This document shows, piece after piece, positions 46,424 to 56,300 of a DNA stretch of 64,000 bases. Position 1 is the stretch's first letter, and the number at the start of each line of letters is the position of its first letter. The position numbers and the translations under genes are program-made. Location of the stretch: NCBI GenBank assembly GCA_024742695.1, contig JANSXY010000012.1, positions 16,433 through 80,432 on the forward strand, written 5' to 3'. This DNA comes from Paracoccaceae bacterium (GTDB taxonomy: Bacteria > Pseudomonadota > Alphaproteobacteria > Rhodobacterales > Rhodobacteraceae). Below the pieces are notes generated by a model. That model worked only from the letters and a program-made list of their open reading frames with translations, did no database searches and was not told the DNA's origin.

Positions 46424-47974
46424 ATGACACCTGCCCGCCTTTCCCGCCCCGGCCCGACGCGCGCGATCGTCATCGGCGCCGGCATCGGGGGCCTCGCCGC
46501 GGCGCTGCGGCTGGCCGCGGCGGGGCTTGACGTGACGGTGCTGGAACGCGCGTCCGCGCCCGGCGGCCGGATGCGCCAGGTGCCCAGCGCCGCCGGGCCG
46601 GTCGATGCCGGGCCCACGGTCCTGACCCTGCGCGGCGTCTTCGACGACCTGTTCGCCGCCGCCGGCGCGCGGCTGGAGGATCATGTGCGGCTTCTGCCGC
46701 AGCCGATCCTCGCGCGGCATTTCTGGCCAGATGGCGAGGTGCTGGACCTTTTCGCCGATCACGACCGCAGCCGCGACGCGGTGGCGGCCTTCGCCGGCGG
46801 GGCGGAGGCCGCGGCCTTCGACCGGTTCTGCGCCGAGGCGCGGGCATTGTTCACGGCCTTCGAGGCGCCGATGATGCGCGCCGCCGACCCGCGGCTGACC
46901 GCGCTGGCCGGCACCGTGTTGCGCAACCCCGGCCTGCTCGGCGCGATGGCGCCGGGCCGCACCCTGGCCGGCGCGCTGACCCGCCGGTTCCGTGACCCGC
47001 GGCTGGCGCAACTGTTCGGCCGCTACGCCACCTATGTCGGTGGCAGCCCCTACGGCGCGCCCGCGCTCCTGTCGCTGATCTGGGAGGCGGAGGCGCGCGG
47101 CGTCTGGGCCGTCGAGGGCGGCCTGCACGCGCTGGCCCGCGCGGTGGCCGGGCTGGCCGAACGCCTGGGCGCCCGGTTCGTCTACGCGGCGGAGGTTGCC
47201 GAGATCGGCTGCACATCGGGCCGCGCCGCGCGCACGGTGCTGACGGACGGGCGCGGATTCGACGCCGATCTGGTGGTGTTCAACGGCGATCCGCGGGCCC
47301 TGGCCACGGGGCGCCTGGGCCCGGCCGTGGCTGGCGTCGCACCGCAAACCCGCCGCCGTCCGCGCAGCCTGTCGGCGCGGGTCTGGAGCTTTGCCGCCCG
47401 GTATGACGGGCCGGCGCTGATCCATCACAACGTGTTCTTCAGCGCCGACTACGCGGCCGAGTTCCGCGCCCTCGGATCCGGCGCGATCCCGCCGGATCCG
47501 ACACTGTACATCTGCGCCGAGGATCGCGCGCGGCACCGGGCCCCGTCCGGGCCGGAACGCTTCGAGATCATCGAGAACGCCGCGCCGCTGACCGCGGGCG
47601 GCATCGCCGGGGAGGAGTTCGAGACATGCCGCACACGGGTCTTCACGACGCTGGGCCGCTTCGGGCTGCGTTTCGATCCGCTGCCGGAACCGGCGGCGCT
47701 GACGACGCCCGCGGGGTTCGAGGCGCTGTTCCCGGCGAGCGCCGGATCCCTTTACGGGCAGAGCCCGCACGGCATGACGGCGTCGCTGGCCCGGCCCCGG
47801 GCACGGACGGCGGTGCCGGGGCTCTACCTAGCGGGGGGCGGGGCGCATCCGGGGGCGGGGGTGCCGATGGCGGCCCTCTCCGGCCGGCACGCGGCCGAGA
47901 CGATCTTGCGCGACCTCGGTTTGACCTCGCCGTCCCGCCGAACGGTTATGCATGGTGGTATGTCGACGGCATAA
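46424..47974 (+). CDS. crtD: Methoxyneurosporene/hydroxyneurosporene 3,4-desaturase (phytoene-desaturase family)
   Basis: 516 aa. FAD fingerprint RAIVIGAGIGGLAAALRLA. Divergent from crtE and followed by crtC. Confidence 0.9.
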   Translation: MTPARLSRPGPTRAIVIGAGIGGLAAALRLAAAGLDVTVLERASAPGGRMRQVPSAAGPVDAGPTVLTLRGVFDDLFAAAGARLEDHVRLLPQPILARHFWPDGEVLDLFADHDRSRDAVAAFAGGAEAAAFDRFCAEARALFTAFEAPMMRAADPRLTALAGTVLRNPGLLGAMAPGRTLAGALTRRFRDPRLAQLFGRYATYVGGSPYGAPALLSLIWEAEARGVWAVEGGLHALARAVAGLAERLGARFVYAAEVAEIGCTSGRAARTVLTDGRGFDADLVVFNGDPRALATGRLGPAVAGVAPQTRRRPRSLSARVWSFAARYDGPALIHHNVFFSADYAAEFRALGSGAIPPDPTLYICAEDRARHRAPSGPERFEIIENAAPLTAGGIAGEEFETCRTRVFTTLGRFGLRFDPLPEPAALTTPAGFEALFPASAGSLYGQSPHGMTASLARPRARTAVPGLYLAGGGAHPGAGVPMAALSGRHAAETILRDLGLTSPSRRTVMHGGMSTA

Positions 47975-48843
47975 GCGACGACGGCAAGCGCGCCATCTCG
48001 ATCATCGGGTTCATCGGCTCGGTGTTCTCGCCCTGGTACCGCTGGTCGGGCCGGCGCGACCCCGACAATCACTGCTGCATCAACGTCGCCACCTACGGCC
48101 CCGGCGGGCGGTTCACGATGACCGATCGGGGCCGAAGCGCCCTGCACCAGAGCGCCGACAGCCTGACCGTCGGCCCCTCGACCATGCGCTGGACCGGCGA
48201 CGCGCTGGAGATCGACATCGACGAGATCGGCGCGCCGCCGATCGTGACGCGGGTGCGCGGCCGCGTCCGGCTGATCCCCAGCGCGCTGACCGCGGTGGAA
48301 CTGCCGCTCACCGATGATGGCGCGCATGTCTGGCGGCCCTTCGCACCCACCGCGCGGATCGAGGTGGCGCTGGACGCGGCGGGCTGGACCTGGTCGGGGC
48401 ATGGCTATTTCGACGCGAATTTCGGCACCCGCGCGCTGGAGGAGGATTTCGCCACCTGGACCTGGGGCCGGTTTCCCGCCGGCGGCGGCAGCGCGTGCTT
48501 CTACGACGCGCGGCGGCTGGACGGGTCGGAGCTGGCCGCCGGCATCCGCTTCGACGCCGCCGGCGAGGCGCAGGTGATGGACCCGCCGCCGCAAGCGCGG
48601 CTCAGGCGCAGCCTTTGGGCCGTGGCCCGCCAGACCCGCGCCGATCCGGGCTATGCGCCACGGCAGGTCATGGCGATGCTGGACGCGCCGTTCTACACCC
48701 GCGCGATGGTCAAGACCCGGATCGAGGGCGAGGAAACCGTCGGCGTGCACGAGGCGCTGGACCTGCGCCGCTTCCGCTCGCCGCTGCTCAAGCCGATGCT
48801 GGCGGTGCGGGTGCCGCGGCGCGCGCGCTGGCGGTTCGACTGA
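47899..48843 (+). CDS. crtC: Acyclic carotenoid 1,2-hydratase (hydroxyneurosporene synthase); start codon unresolved
   Basis: Family N-terminal block RPRFDLAVPPNGYAWWYVDGISDDGKRAISIIGFIGSVFSPWY begins near 47914. There is no ATG/GTG/TTG in frame between 47626 and 48022, so the 5' coordinate is a placeholder. Confidence 0.8.
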   Translation, partial: DDLARPRFDLAVPPNGYAWWYVDGISDDGKRAISIIGFIGSVFSPWYRWSGRRDPDNHCCINVATYGPGGRFTMTDRGRSALHQSADSLTVGPSTMRWTGDALEIDIDEIGAPPIVTRVRGRVRLIPSALTAVELPLTDDGAHVWRPFAPTARIEVALDAAGWTWSGHGYFDANFGTRALEEDFATWTWGRFPAGGGSACFYDARRLDGSELAAGIRFDAAGEAQVMDPPPQARLRRSLWAVARQTRADPGYAPRQVMAMLDAPFYTRAMVKTRIEGEETVGVHEALDLRRFRSPLLKPMLAVRVPRRARWRFD

Positions 48844-48846
48844 GGA

Positions 48847-49317
48847 TCAGGCGGCGCGGCGCGCCTCGGCGGGGTTCAGCCGCCAGACCGCCGCGTTCAG
48901 CGCCCCGGCGACCGAGACCCAGGCGAGATAGGGCAGGAACATCAGCCCCGCGATCACGTCGAGCGAGAACATAGCCACGGTGCAGCCCGCGACGGCCAGC
49001 CACAGCGCCGAGAGCACGACCATCCCCGCGCGGATCCGCTTCAGCCCGAAGAACACCGGCGTCCACAGCGTGTTGAGCGCGATCTGCAAGGCCCAGAACG
49101 CCAGCGCCACGCCACCGCCCGGCAGCAGCACGACCCGCGCCGCCGCCGCCGCCATCAGGATGTACAGCACCGACCAGGCCACCGGGAACAGCCAGTTCGG
49201 CGGCGTCCACGACGGCTTCTTCAGCCCCCGGTACCATTCGCCGGTGGGAAACAGCGCGCCGGTGGCGCCGGCCGCGAAGCAGGCGGCGAGGAAAACGGGG
49301 AACAGGGACCATGACAT
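48847..49317 (-). CDS. tspO: Tryptophan-rich sensory protein TspO (CrtK)
   Basis: 156 aa, five TM helices, Trp-rich (PSWTPPNWLFPVAWSVLY). Confidence 0.92.
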   Translation of the reverse strand: MSWSLFPVFLAACFAAGATGALFPTGEWYRGLKKPSWTPPNWLFPVAWSVLYILMAAAAARVVLLPGGGVALAFWALQIALNTLWTPVFFGLKRIRAGMVVLSALWLAVAGCTVAMFSLDVIAGLMFLPYLAWVSVAGALNAAVWRLNPAEARRAA

Positions 49318-49323
49318 GGCCGC

Positions 49324-50361
49324 TCACCTAACCCGGCGGCGCAACTCTATCAAGTCGTTCCGCCGCGCCGCGTCGCGCGCGGCGAGCTGGGCGAAGGCGT
49401 CGTGCAGCTTGTCGGACCAGTCGGCGGCCTGCGGCGCGCCATCGGCGGCGGCCTCGACGAGGAAGGCCACCTCCGGTGCCGGGCGCGCGTAAAGAAGCGC
49501 CGAACGCGGCATCACGAAGGTGCCCGCCGTGCGCGCCCCGGCGAGCGTGAGCCAGCCCAGCTTCTGCCGCGTCGAGGTATGGGCGCGGCGGGTCACGCTG
49601 TCGAACCCGGCGGCGCGCAGATCCTGCCCGATCGCGGCGTAGATGTAGCGCGCGGCGAGGATCCCGGCGCGGCAATCGGCCGGCAACAGCGCCACCCCGG
49701 CCTCCGACCGGTGATAGTAGCGGTCGGCCTCGCGCAAGAGCCGGGCGGCCATCTCGCGGATGTCGGGCGTGGCGCGCGGCCGGGACAGGAACGCCTCGGC
49801 GCTGGTGCCGGCCTCGTCGAACCAGTCGGTCGGCAGGTACAGCCGGCCCTCGCGGGCATCCTCGCCGATGTCGCGGGCGATGTTGGTCAGTTGCATGGCA
49901 AGGCCGAGGTCGCAGGCGCGCGCCAGCGCGTGGCGTTCGCGCACGCCCATCAGAACGCACATCATCGCCCCCACGGCGCTGGCCACGCGGGCCGAATAGG
50001 CGCGCAGATCGGACAGGGTGGCATATCGCCGGCCCATCGCGTCCCAGGCCAGCCCTTCCAGCAGCGCCTCGGGCAGCGCCCGCGGCATCCCGATGGCATC
50101 CACGAGCGCGGCGAAGGCGCGATCCGGCGCGGCGTTGAACGGCCGGCCCTCGTAGACCCGTTCCAGCCGGTCGCGCAACCGCAGGACCGAGGCGGACTTG
50201 TCCGCCCGCAGGTCGACCTCGTCATCGGCCAGCCGGCAGAAGGCGTAAAGCGCCAGCGCCGGGTCGCGCACCCGCCGCGGCAGAAGCCGCGAGGCGGCGT
50301 GAAACGACAGCGATCCGTGCCGGATCGCATCGCGGCAATGGGCGATATCCTCGGGGTTCAT
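49324..50361 (-). CDS. crtB: Phytoene synthase
   Basis: 345 aa. Asp-rich motifs CRLADDEVD and NIARDIGEDAREGRLYLP. ATGA overlap with the crtI stop. Confidence 0.94.
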   Translation of the reverse strand: MNPEDIAHCRDAIRHGSLSFHAASRLLPRRVRDPALALYAFCRLADDEVDLRADKSASVLRLRDRLERVYEGRPFNAAPDRAFAALVDAIGMPRALPEALLEGLAWDAMGRRYATLSDLRAYSARVASAVGAMMCVLMGVRERHALARACDLGLAMQLTNIARDIGEDAREGRLYLPTDWFDEAGTSAEAFLSRPRATPDIREMAARLLREADRYYHRSEAGVALLPADCRAGILAARYIYAAIGQDLRAAGFDSVTRRAHTSTRQKLGWLTLAGARTAGTFVMPRSALLYARPAPEVAFLVEAAADGAPQAADWSDKLHDAFAQLAARDAARRNDLIELRRRVR

Positions 50362-51911
50362 CGCGCCGCCCCCGCCGCGACGGCATCGGGCACCAGTTGT
50401 CCCAGCACCTCGGCGCTGGACACCACGCCGGGCAGCCCGGCGCCGGGATGGGTGCCGGCCCCGACGAGGTAGAGGCCCGGCAGTTCCTCGCTGACGTTGT
50501 GCGGCCGGAACCAGGCGCTTTGCAGGATACGCGGTTCGATCGAGAAGCCGGAGCCATGGGGGCTGAGATACCGGTCGCGGAAGGTTTCCGGCGTGAACAC
50601 CTCAGACACGGTCAGGTGCCGCCCCAGACCGGGCAGCGCCTGCTCTTCCAGCACCGCCTGCATCGCGGCGCGGTAGCGGTCCGCCTCGGCACGCCAGTCA
50701 ACCGAGTCGGCATGGCCAAGGTGCGGCACCGGCGAGAGCGCGTAGAAGGTGTCATCGCCCGCCGGCGCGGCCGTGGGATCGGTGACGCTGGGCCGGTGCA
50801 GGTAGATCGACATGTCGCCCGCCAGCCGGCCGCGAAGGAAGATATCGCGCAGCAGCCCGCGATAGCGCGGCCCGTTCAGGATCGTGTGGTGGCCGACATC
50901 GGCCCATGTCCCGGCGGTGCCCTTCGTGCCGAAGTACCACACGAACAACCCCATCGACCAGCGCGACCGGGCCAGCCGCGCGGTCGTCCAGCGCCGCCGC
51001 GGCGTCTTGCGCAGAAGCCGGTCGTAGGTGTGGCCCGAATCGGCGTTCGAGACCACGACCGCCGCAGGCACCACCTCGCCCGAGACCAGCCGTACGCCCT
51101 TCGCGCGGCCGCCGCCCACCAGCACCTCGTCGACCTCGGCGCCCATCCGGACGCGGCCGCCCTGCCCCTCGATCACCCGTACCATCGCCGCCGCGATCGC
51201 CGCCACGCCGCCTTGCGCGTAGTGCACCCCGAACGCCTTTTCCAGGTGGCTGACAAGGATGTACATCGAGGTGACATGGGTGGGGTCGCCGCCGATGAAC
51301 AGCGGATGAAAGCTGAACGCCATCCGCAGCCGCGGATCGCGGAACCGCCGCGCGGCATGGGCATAGACCGACCGGTCCGCCCGCATCCGCGCGAACGTCG
51401 GCAGCACCTTCACCAGATCCCACAGCCGATGCATCGACCGTCGCCCCAGATCCTCGAAGCCGAACTGGTAGCGCGCCTCGCTGTCCTTCAGGAACCGCCG
51501 GTAGCCCGCGACGTCGCCGGGGCTGAGGCGGCGGACCTCCGCCTCCATCGCGGCCTCGTCGCCGCGCATCGTGAAGCGCGAACCGTCGGGCCAGCGAATC
51601 TCGTAGAACGGATCGAGCGCGACGAGATCGACATCGGCGTCGAAATCGCGCCCGCAGGCCGCCCAGAGTTCGCGGAACACCTGCGGCACGGTGACGATGG
51701 TGGGGCCGAGGTCGAAGCGATGCCCGCCCCGCCACAGCGCCGAACCGCGCCCGCCGGGGCAATCGAGCCGATCGATCACCGTGACGCGGTAGCCCTTGGC
51801 GCCCAGCCGCATCGCGGCCGCGAGCCCGCCCAGCCCCGCGCCGATCACCACCGCGGCCGGGGCGGGCCCCTCGGCGGTGGTTCCGGCGATATCCAGGTCC
51901 ATCCGGGTCAT
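50358..51911 (-). CDS. crtI: Phytoene desaturase
   Basis: 517 aa. FAD fingerprint AVVIGAGLGGLAAAMRLG. Confidence 0.94.
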   Translation of the reverse strand: MTRMDLDIAGTTAEGPAPAAVVIGAGLGGLAAAMRLGAKGYRVTVIDRLDCPGGRGSALWRGGHRFDLGPTIVTVPQVFRELWAACGRDFDADVDLVALDPFYEIRWPDGSRFTMRGDEAAMEAEVRRLSPGDVAGYRRFLKDSEARYQFGFEDLGRRSMHRLWDLVKVLPTFARMRADRSVYAHAARRFRDPRLRMAFSFHPLFIGGDPTHVTSMYILVSHLEKAFGVHYAQGGVAAIAAAMVRVIEGQGGRVRMGAEVDEVLVGGGRAKGVRLVSGEVVPAAVVVSNADSGHTYDRLLRKTPRRRWTTARLARSRWSMGLFVWYFGTKGTAGTWADVGHHTILNGPRYRGLLRDIFLRGRLAGDMSIYLHRPSVTDPTAAPAGDDTFYALSPVPHLGHADSVDWRAEADRYRAAMQAVLEEQALPGLGRHLTVSEVFTPETFRDRYLSPHGSGFSIEPRILQSAWFRPHNVSEELPGLYLVGAGTHPGAGLPGVVSSAEVLGQLVPDAVAAGAAR

Positions 51912-51978
51912 GATCGCCTCCGCGGCGTCAGGTCAGCCTGACATTTCTTTCAAGAGTCTTTTCAAGAGACGCAAGAAG

Positions 51979-51996
51979 TGTCAAACTAAACTTACA
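51979..51996. promoter_or_regulatory. PpsR/CrtJ palindrome in the crtI/crtA divergent promoter region
   Basis: TGTCAAACTAAACTTACA, 29 bp upstream of the crtA GTG. Nearly identical arms to the bchF site. Confidence 0.8.
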
Positions 51997-52024
51997 CATT
52001 TGATGGAGTCGTGCCATTCAAACC

Positions 52025-52726
52025 GTGTCCCTCAGCTTCTATCGGTTCGACCGATGGTCCACGCGTCTCTGGGCGCTGATGATGATGGGCGCCGCCCGTC
52101 TGCCCCTGTCCCGCATGGCGGGGCTGGAGTTCTGGAAACTGTGCGGGTCGGGCACCGGCGAGGGCTTCACCCCGCGGCCCAACCCGGCGGTCTGCGCGAT
52201 TCTCTGTACCTGGCGGGACGAGGCGACGGCGCGGCGCGCATTGGCCGAGGAGCCGCTCTTTCGCCGCTACCGTAACCGCGCGGCGGAACACTGGACGGTG
52301 TTCCTGGGCACCACGTCGGTGCGCGGCCAATGGTCCGGCCGCACCCCCTTCGCGGCGGAGGCGCCGTCCGCCGGCGACGGCCCGCTCGCCGCGCTGACCC
52401 GCGCCACGGTGAAGCCCTGGGTCGCGCCCTGGTTCTGGCGCCGCGAACCCGACGTGTCGCGCGCCATCGGCGCCGACCCCTCGGTGATCTTCAAGATCGG
52501 CATCGGCGAGCTGCCGCTGGTCCAGCAGATCACCTTCTCGATCTGGCCCGACCGGGCCAGCATGGCCCGCTTCGCCCGCGCCGACGGCCCGCATGCCCGC
52601 GCCGTCGCGGCGGTGCGCGAGGGTCAGTGGTTCCGCGAGGAGCTTTACGCCCGATTCGCCATCCTCGGCGATGTCGGCACCTGGGACGGGCAACGCCCGC
52701 TTGCCCGCATTGGGAGACAGACATGA
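52025..52726 (+). CDS. crtA: Spheroidene monooxygenase
   Basis: 233 aa with a GTG start. N-terminus SLSFYRFDRWSTRLWALMMMG. Canonical position divergent from crtI and coupled to bchI. Confidence 0.82.
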   Translation: MSLSFYRFDRWSTRLWALMMMGAARLPLSRMAGLEFWKLCGSGTGEGFTPRPNPAVCAILCTWRDEATARRALAEEPLFRRYRNRAAEHWTVFLGTTSVRGQWSGRTPFAAEAPSAGDGPLAALTRATVKPWVAPWFWRREPDVSRAIGADPSVIFKIGIGELPLVQQITFSIWPDRASMARFARADGPHARAVAAVREGQWFREELYARFAILGDVGTWDGQRPLARIGRQT

Positions 52727-53727
52727 AAGCCGCCTTCCCCTTCGCCGCCATCGTCGGCCAGGACGACATGAAGCTCGCGATGATCCTGACCGCCATCGAC
52801 CCGAAACTGGGCGGCGTGCTGGTCTTCGGCGATCGCGGCACCGGCAAGTCCACGGCGGTGCGGGCGCTGGCGGCGCTGCTGCCGCCGATCACCGCGCTGA
52901 GGGGCTGCCCGGTCAATAGCGAACGGGCCGAGGACGTGCCGGACTGGGCCGGGCAGATCGACGGCACCGCCGAGACCCGCCCCACCCCGGTCGTCGACCT
53001 GCCGCTGGGCGTGACCGAGGACAGGGTGACCGGCGCGCTGGATATCGAACGCGCGCTGACGCGGGGCGAGAAGGCGTTCCAGCCCGGCCTGCTGGCGCAG
53101 GCCAACCGCGGATACCTCTACATCGACGAGGTGAACCTGCTGGAGGACCACATCGTCGACCTGCTGCTCGATGTCGCCCAGTCCGGCGAGAACCTGGTGG
53201 AGCGCGAGGGGCTTTCGGTGCGCCACCCGGCGCGCTTCGTCCTCGTCGGCTCCGGCAACCCCGAAGAGGGCGAACTCCGGCCCCAGTTGCTCGACCGGTT
53301 CGGCCTGTCGGTCGAGGTGCGCTCGCCCACCGACGTGGCGCAGCGGATCGAGGTGATCCGCCGCCGCGACGCCTTCGAGACCGACGCCGAGGCGTTCCTG
53401 CGCAAGTGGCGCAAGAAGGACGCCGCGATCCGCGACGCGGTGCTGGCGGCGCGCGGGGTGCTCGCGAAGGTCGCGGTGCGGGCCCCGGCGCTGAAGCTGT
53501 GCGCGGAGCTTTGCATGGCGCTCGGCTCCGACGGGCTGCGCGGCGAACTCACGCTTTACCGCGCCGCGCGCGCGCTGGCGGCCTACGAGGGCGCGACCGC
53601 GCTCAAGGCGCAGCACATCCGCCGCGTCGCGCCGATGGCGCTGGCGCACCGGCTGCGGCGCGACCCGCTGGACGATGCCGGCAGCACCGTGCGCGTGCAG
53701 CGCGTGCTGGAGGAGATGGGCGCGTGA
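52723..53727 (+). CDS. bchI: Magnesium chelatase I subunit (AAA+)
   Basis: 334 aa. Walker A GDRGTGKST and Walker B YIDEVNLL. ATGA overlap with the crtA stop. Confidence 0.96.
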   Translation: MKAAFPFAAIVGQDDMKLAMILTAIDPKLGGVLVFGDRGTGKSTAVRALAALLPPITALRGCPVNSERAEDVPDWAGQIDGTAETRPTPVVDLPLGVTEDRVTGALDIERALTRGEKAFQPGLLAQANRGYLYIDEVNLLEDHIVDLLLDVAQSGENLVEREGLSVRHPARFVLVGSGNPEEGELRPQLLDRFGLSVEVRSPTDVAQRIEVIRRRDAFETDAEAFLRKWRKKDAAIRDAVLAARGVLAKVAVRAPALKLCAELCMALGSDGLRGELTLYRAARALAAYEGATALKAQHIRRVAPMALAHRLRRDPLDDAGSTVRVQRVLEEMGA

Positions 53728-55385
53728 CCGATGGCCCCTGGGCCCACGCCGTCACGGCGCTGCGCCTGCTTTCGATCGACCCGAGCGGCCTGGGCGGGCT
53801 GTGGCTGCGCGCCCGTGCCGGCCCGGTGCGCGACGCGGCCTTCGGCCTGATCCCCGGCCTGCTGGGCCAGCCGGTGAAGCTGCACCCGGCCTGGGACCGC
53901 GACGCCTTTCTCGGCGGGCTCGACCTGGCGCGCACCCTGACCAGCCACCACGAATGCCGCAATCCCGGCCTTCTGGCCCGCGACGCGGCTTTCCTGATGC
54001 CCTCGGGCGAACGGCTGGAGCCGGAAAAGGCCGCCTGGATCGCCACGGCCCTGGGCCGCGACGGCGCGGCCGGTACCCGCCGCTGCCTGATCCTCGGCGA
54101 CGAAAGCGGCGCGCCGGACGAGGCGCCGCCAATCCTGCTGACCGAGCAACTGGGGCTGTTCGTAGATCTGACCGACGTGGCCCTGGGCGATATCGACCTG
54201 TCGCTGGCGCGGGCGGGGGCGACGCGGCCGCTGGCCGAGGTCGCGCTGGCGCCCGCCGATATCGACGAGATGGTGACGGTCGCCGCGCGGCTGGGCATCG
54301 ATTCGCTGCGCGCGCCGCTTTACGCGCTGGCCGCCGCGCGCGCCCATGCCGCGCTGGCGGGCCGCGCGGTCTTGGCCGAGGACGACAAGCGCGCGGCGGT
54401 CGAACTGGTCTACACCGTGCGCGCCACGCAACTGCCGGCCGAAGACGCCCCGGCCGATCCGCCGCCGCCGCCCGAGGATCGGCGTGAGAACGACAATCCC
54501 GCCGACGCCGGCCAGGGCGATCTGCCGCAGGATCTGTTGGTGCAGGCCGTGGCGCTGCGGATGGCCGAACTTCGGATCGAGCGCGCCCATGCTGCGCGCC
54601 GCCGCGGCGCGGGCGGCGACGGCGCCGGCGCCAAGGTCGCCGCGACCCGGCGCGGCAGCCCGAAGCCCTCGCGCCCCGGCCGGCTGGACGGGCGCGGCCG
54701 GATCGACCTGATCGGCACGCTGCGCCGCGCGGTGCCGTGGCAGACCCTGCGCGGCGCCGGGCCGGGCGGCATGGCGGTGCGGATCCTGCCTTCGGACATC
54801 CAGATCAAGCGCTACGAGCATCATTCCGACCGGGTGCTGGTGTTCGTCGTCGATGCCTCCGGCTCCACCGCCATGACCCGGCTGGCCGAGGCCAAGGGCG
54901 CGGTCGAACTTTTCCTGTCGCGCGCCTATGCCCGGCGCGACCATGTGGCGCTGATCGGCTTTCGCGGCACCGGGGCGGAAATCCTGCTGCCGCCCACCCG
55001 CTCGCTGGTGCAGACGAAGAAGCACCTTGCCGCCCTGCCCGGCGGCGGCGGCACGCCGCTGGCCGCCGGGCTGGTCAGCGCCGGCGATCTGGCGCGGATG
55101 TCGCGCCGGCACGGGCTCAGCCCGTCGATCCTGGTGATGACCGACGGCAAGGCCAATGTCGCGCTGGACGGCAGCGCCGACCGGGCCGCGGCGCGGGCCG
55201 ATGGCGAACGCGCCGCGCGCGCGATCCGGCTGGACGGGATCGACCTGGCGATCATCGATTCGGGGATGCGGCCGAACCCGTACCTGAAGGATCTCGCCGG
55301 GCAGATCGATGCCGACTACGTGCCCTTGCCGCGCGCCGACGCGCACGGTCTGTCGCGGGTCGCCGGCGCGCTTCTGGACGATTGA
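53724..55385 (+). CDS. bchD: Magnesium chelatase D subunit
   Basis: 553 aa. GTG start overlaps the bchI stop (GTGA). Degenerate AAA N-domain, acidic/Pro linker, and a C-terminal vWA domain with MIDAS VVDASGS. Confidence 0.93.
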   Translation: MTDGPWAHAVTALRLLSIDPSGLGGLWLRARAGPVRDAAFGLIPGLLGQPVKLHPAWDRDAFLGGLDLARTLTSHHECRNPGLLARDAAFLMPSGERLEPEKAAWIATALGRDGAAGTRRCLILGDESGAPDEAPPILLTEQLGLFVDLTDVALGDIDLSLARAGATRPLAEVALAPADIDEMVTVAARLGIDSLRAPLYALAAARAHAALAGRAVLAEDDKRAAVELVYTVRATQLPAEDAPADPPPPPEDRRENDNPADAGQGDLPQDLLVQAVALRMAELRIERAHAARRRGAGGDGAGAKVAATRRGSPKPSRPGRLDGRGRIDLIGTLRRAVPWQTLRGAGPGGMAVRILPSDIQIKRYEHHSDRVLVFVVDASGSTAMTRLAEAKGAVELFLSRAYARRDHVALIGFRGTGAEILLPPTRSLVQTKKHLAALPGGGGTPLAAGLVSAGDLARMSRRHGLSPSILVMTDGKANVALDGSADRAAARADGERAARAIRLDGIDLAIIDSGMRPNPYLKDLAGQIDADYVPLPRADAHGLSRVAGALLDD

Positions 55386-55388
55386 GCG

Positions 55389-56300
55389 ATGCGCTGGCCC
55401 GACGATCTTCGGGGCTGGCCGAATGCCGATCTCTCGCGCCGCGTCGACCTCGCCCCCTACCGGTTCCACCTGCAGGAGGCCGGGCCATCGGACGCGCCCG
55501 CGATGCTGCTTCTGCACGGCGCGGGCGGCGCGACGCACAGCTGGCGCGACGTGCTGCGCCCGCTGGCGGCGCGCCACCGCGTGATCGCGCCCGACCTGCC
55601 CGGCCACGGGTTCAGCACGCTGGGCGCGGCGGCGCTGAGCGGGCTGGGGCCAATGACGCGCGCGGTGGACAACCTGTGCGCGGCGCTCGGCCGGTCGCCC
55701 GAGATCCTCGTCGGCCATTCCGCCGGCGCCGCGATCGCGCTCAGGCTGGCGCTGGACCGGCAGGCCCGCGGCGATCCGCCGCGCGCGGTGATCGGGATCA
55801 ACCCGGCGCTGGCGGATTTCGACGGGATCGCCGGCTGGCTGTTCCCGATGGCCGCCAAGGCGCTGGCCGCCACGCCCTTCGCCGCCACGATCCTGATGGC
55901 CGGCGGGTCGGCGCGCGACCGCACGCGGCGGCTGATCGAGGGCACCGGGTCGCAGCTCGACCCGGCCGGGATCGCCGCCTATGCCCGGCTGTTCTCCGAC
56001 CGCGACCATGTCGACGGCGTGTTGCAGATGATGGCGCGCTGGTCGCTGGGCGGGCTGCGCCGCGACCTCGGCCGCCTCGACGTGCCCTGCCTGTTCCTGC
56101 TGGGCGGGCGGGACCGGGCGGTGCCGCCCGACACCATCCGCAAGCTGCCCGCGATGCCGCCCGACACGCGGGTCGAAACCTGCCCCGAGGCCGGGCATCT
56201 TCTGCACGAGGAACAGCCCGTCCGCTTCGTCGCCTCCGTCGAAGCCTTCCTGAACGGGCTTCCCGCGCATCGCCCCGCAACCGCCGACATCGCCACTTGA
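55389..56300 (+). CDS. bchO: Alpha/beta hydrolase BchO
   Basis: 303 aa. HGAGGATHSW and the nucleophile elbow GHSAG. Position is after bchID. Confidence 0.88.
   Translation: MRWPDDLRGWPNADLSRRVDLAPYRFHLQEAGPSDAPAMLLLHGAGGATHSWRDVLRPLAARHRVIAPDLPGHGFSTLGAAALSGLGPMTRAVDNLCAALGRSPEILVGHSAGAAIALRLALDRQARGDPPRAVIGINPALADFDGIAGWLFPMAAKALAATPFAATILMAGGSARDRTRRLIEGTGSQLDPAGIAAYARLFSDRDHVDGVLQMMARWSLGGLRRDLGRLDVPCLFLLGGRDRAVPPDTIRKLPAMPPDTRVETCPEAGHLLHEEQPVRFVASVEAFLNGLPAHRPATADIAT

Noticed and set aside
47880-47925. A programmed -1 frameshift site (C GGT TTG) joining crtD to crtC
   Set aside because: The heptamer is not a canonical X XXY YYZ slippery site, and I see no obvious downstream pseudoknot. 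It is kept only as a weak alternative under the crtC start-codon finding.
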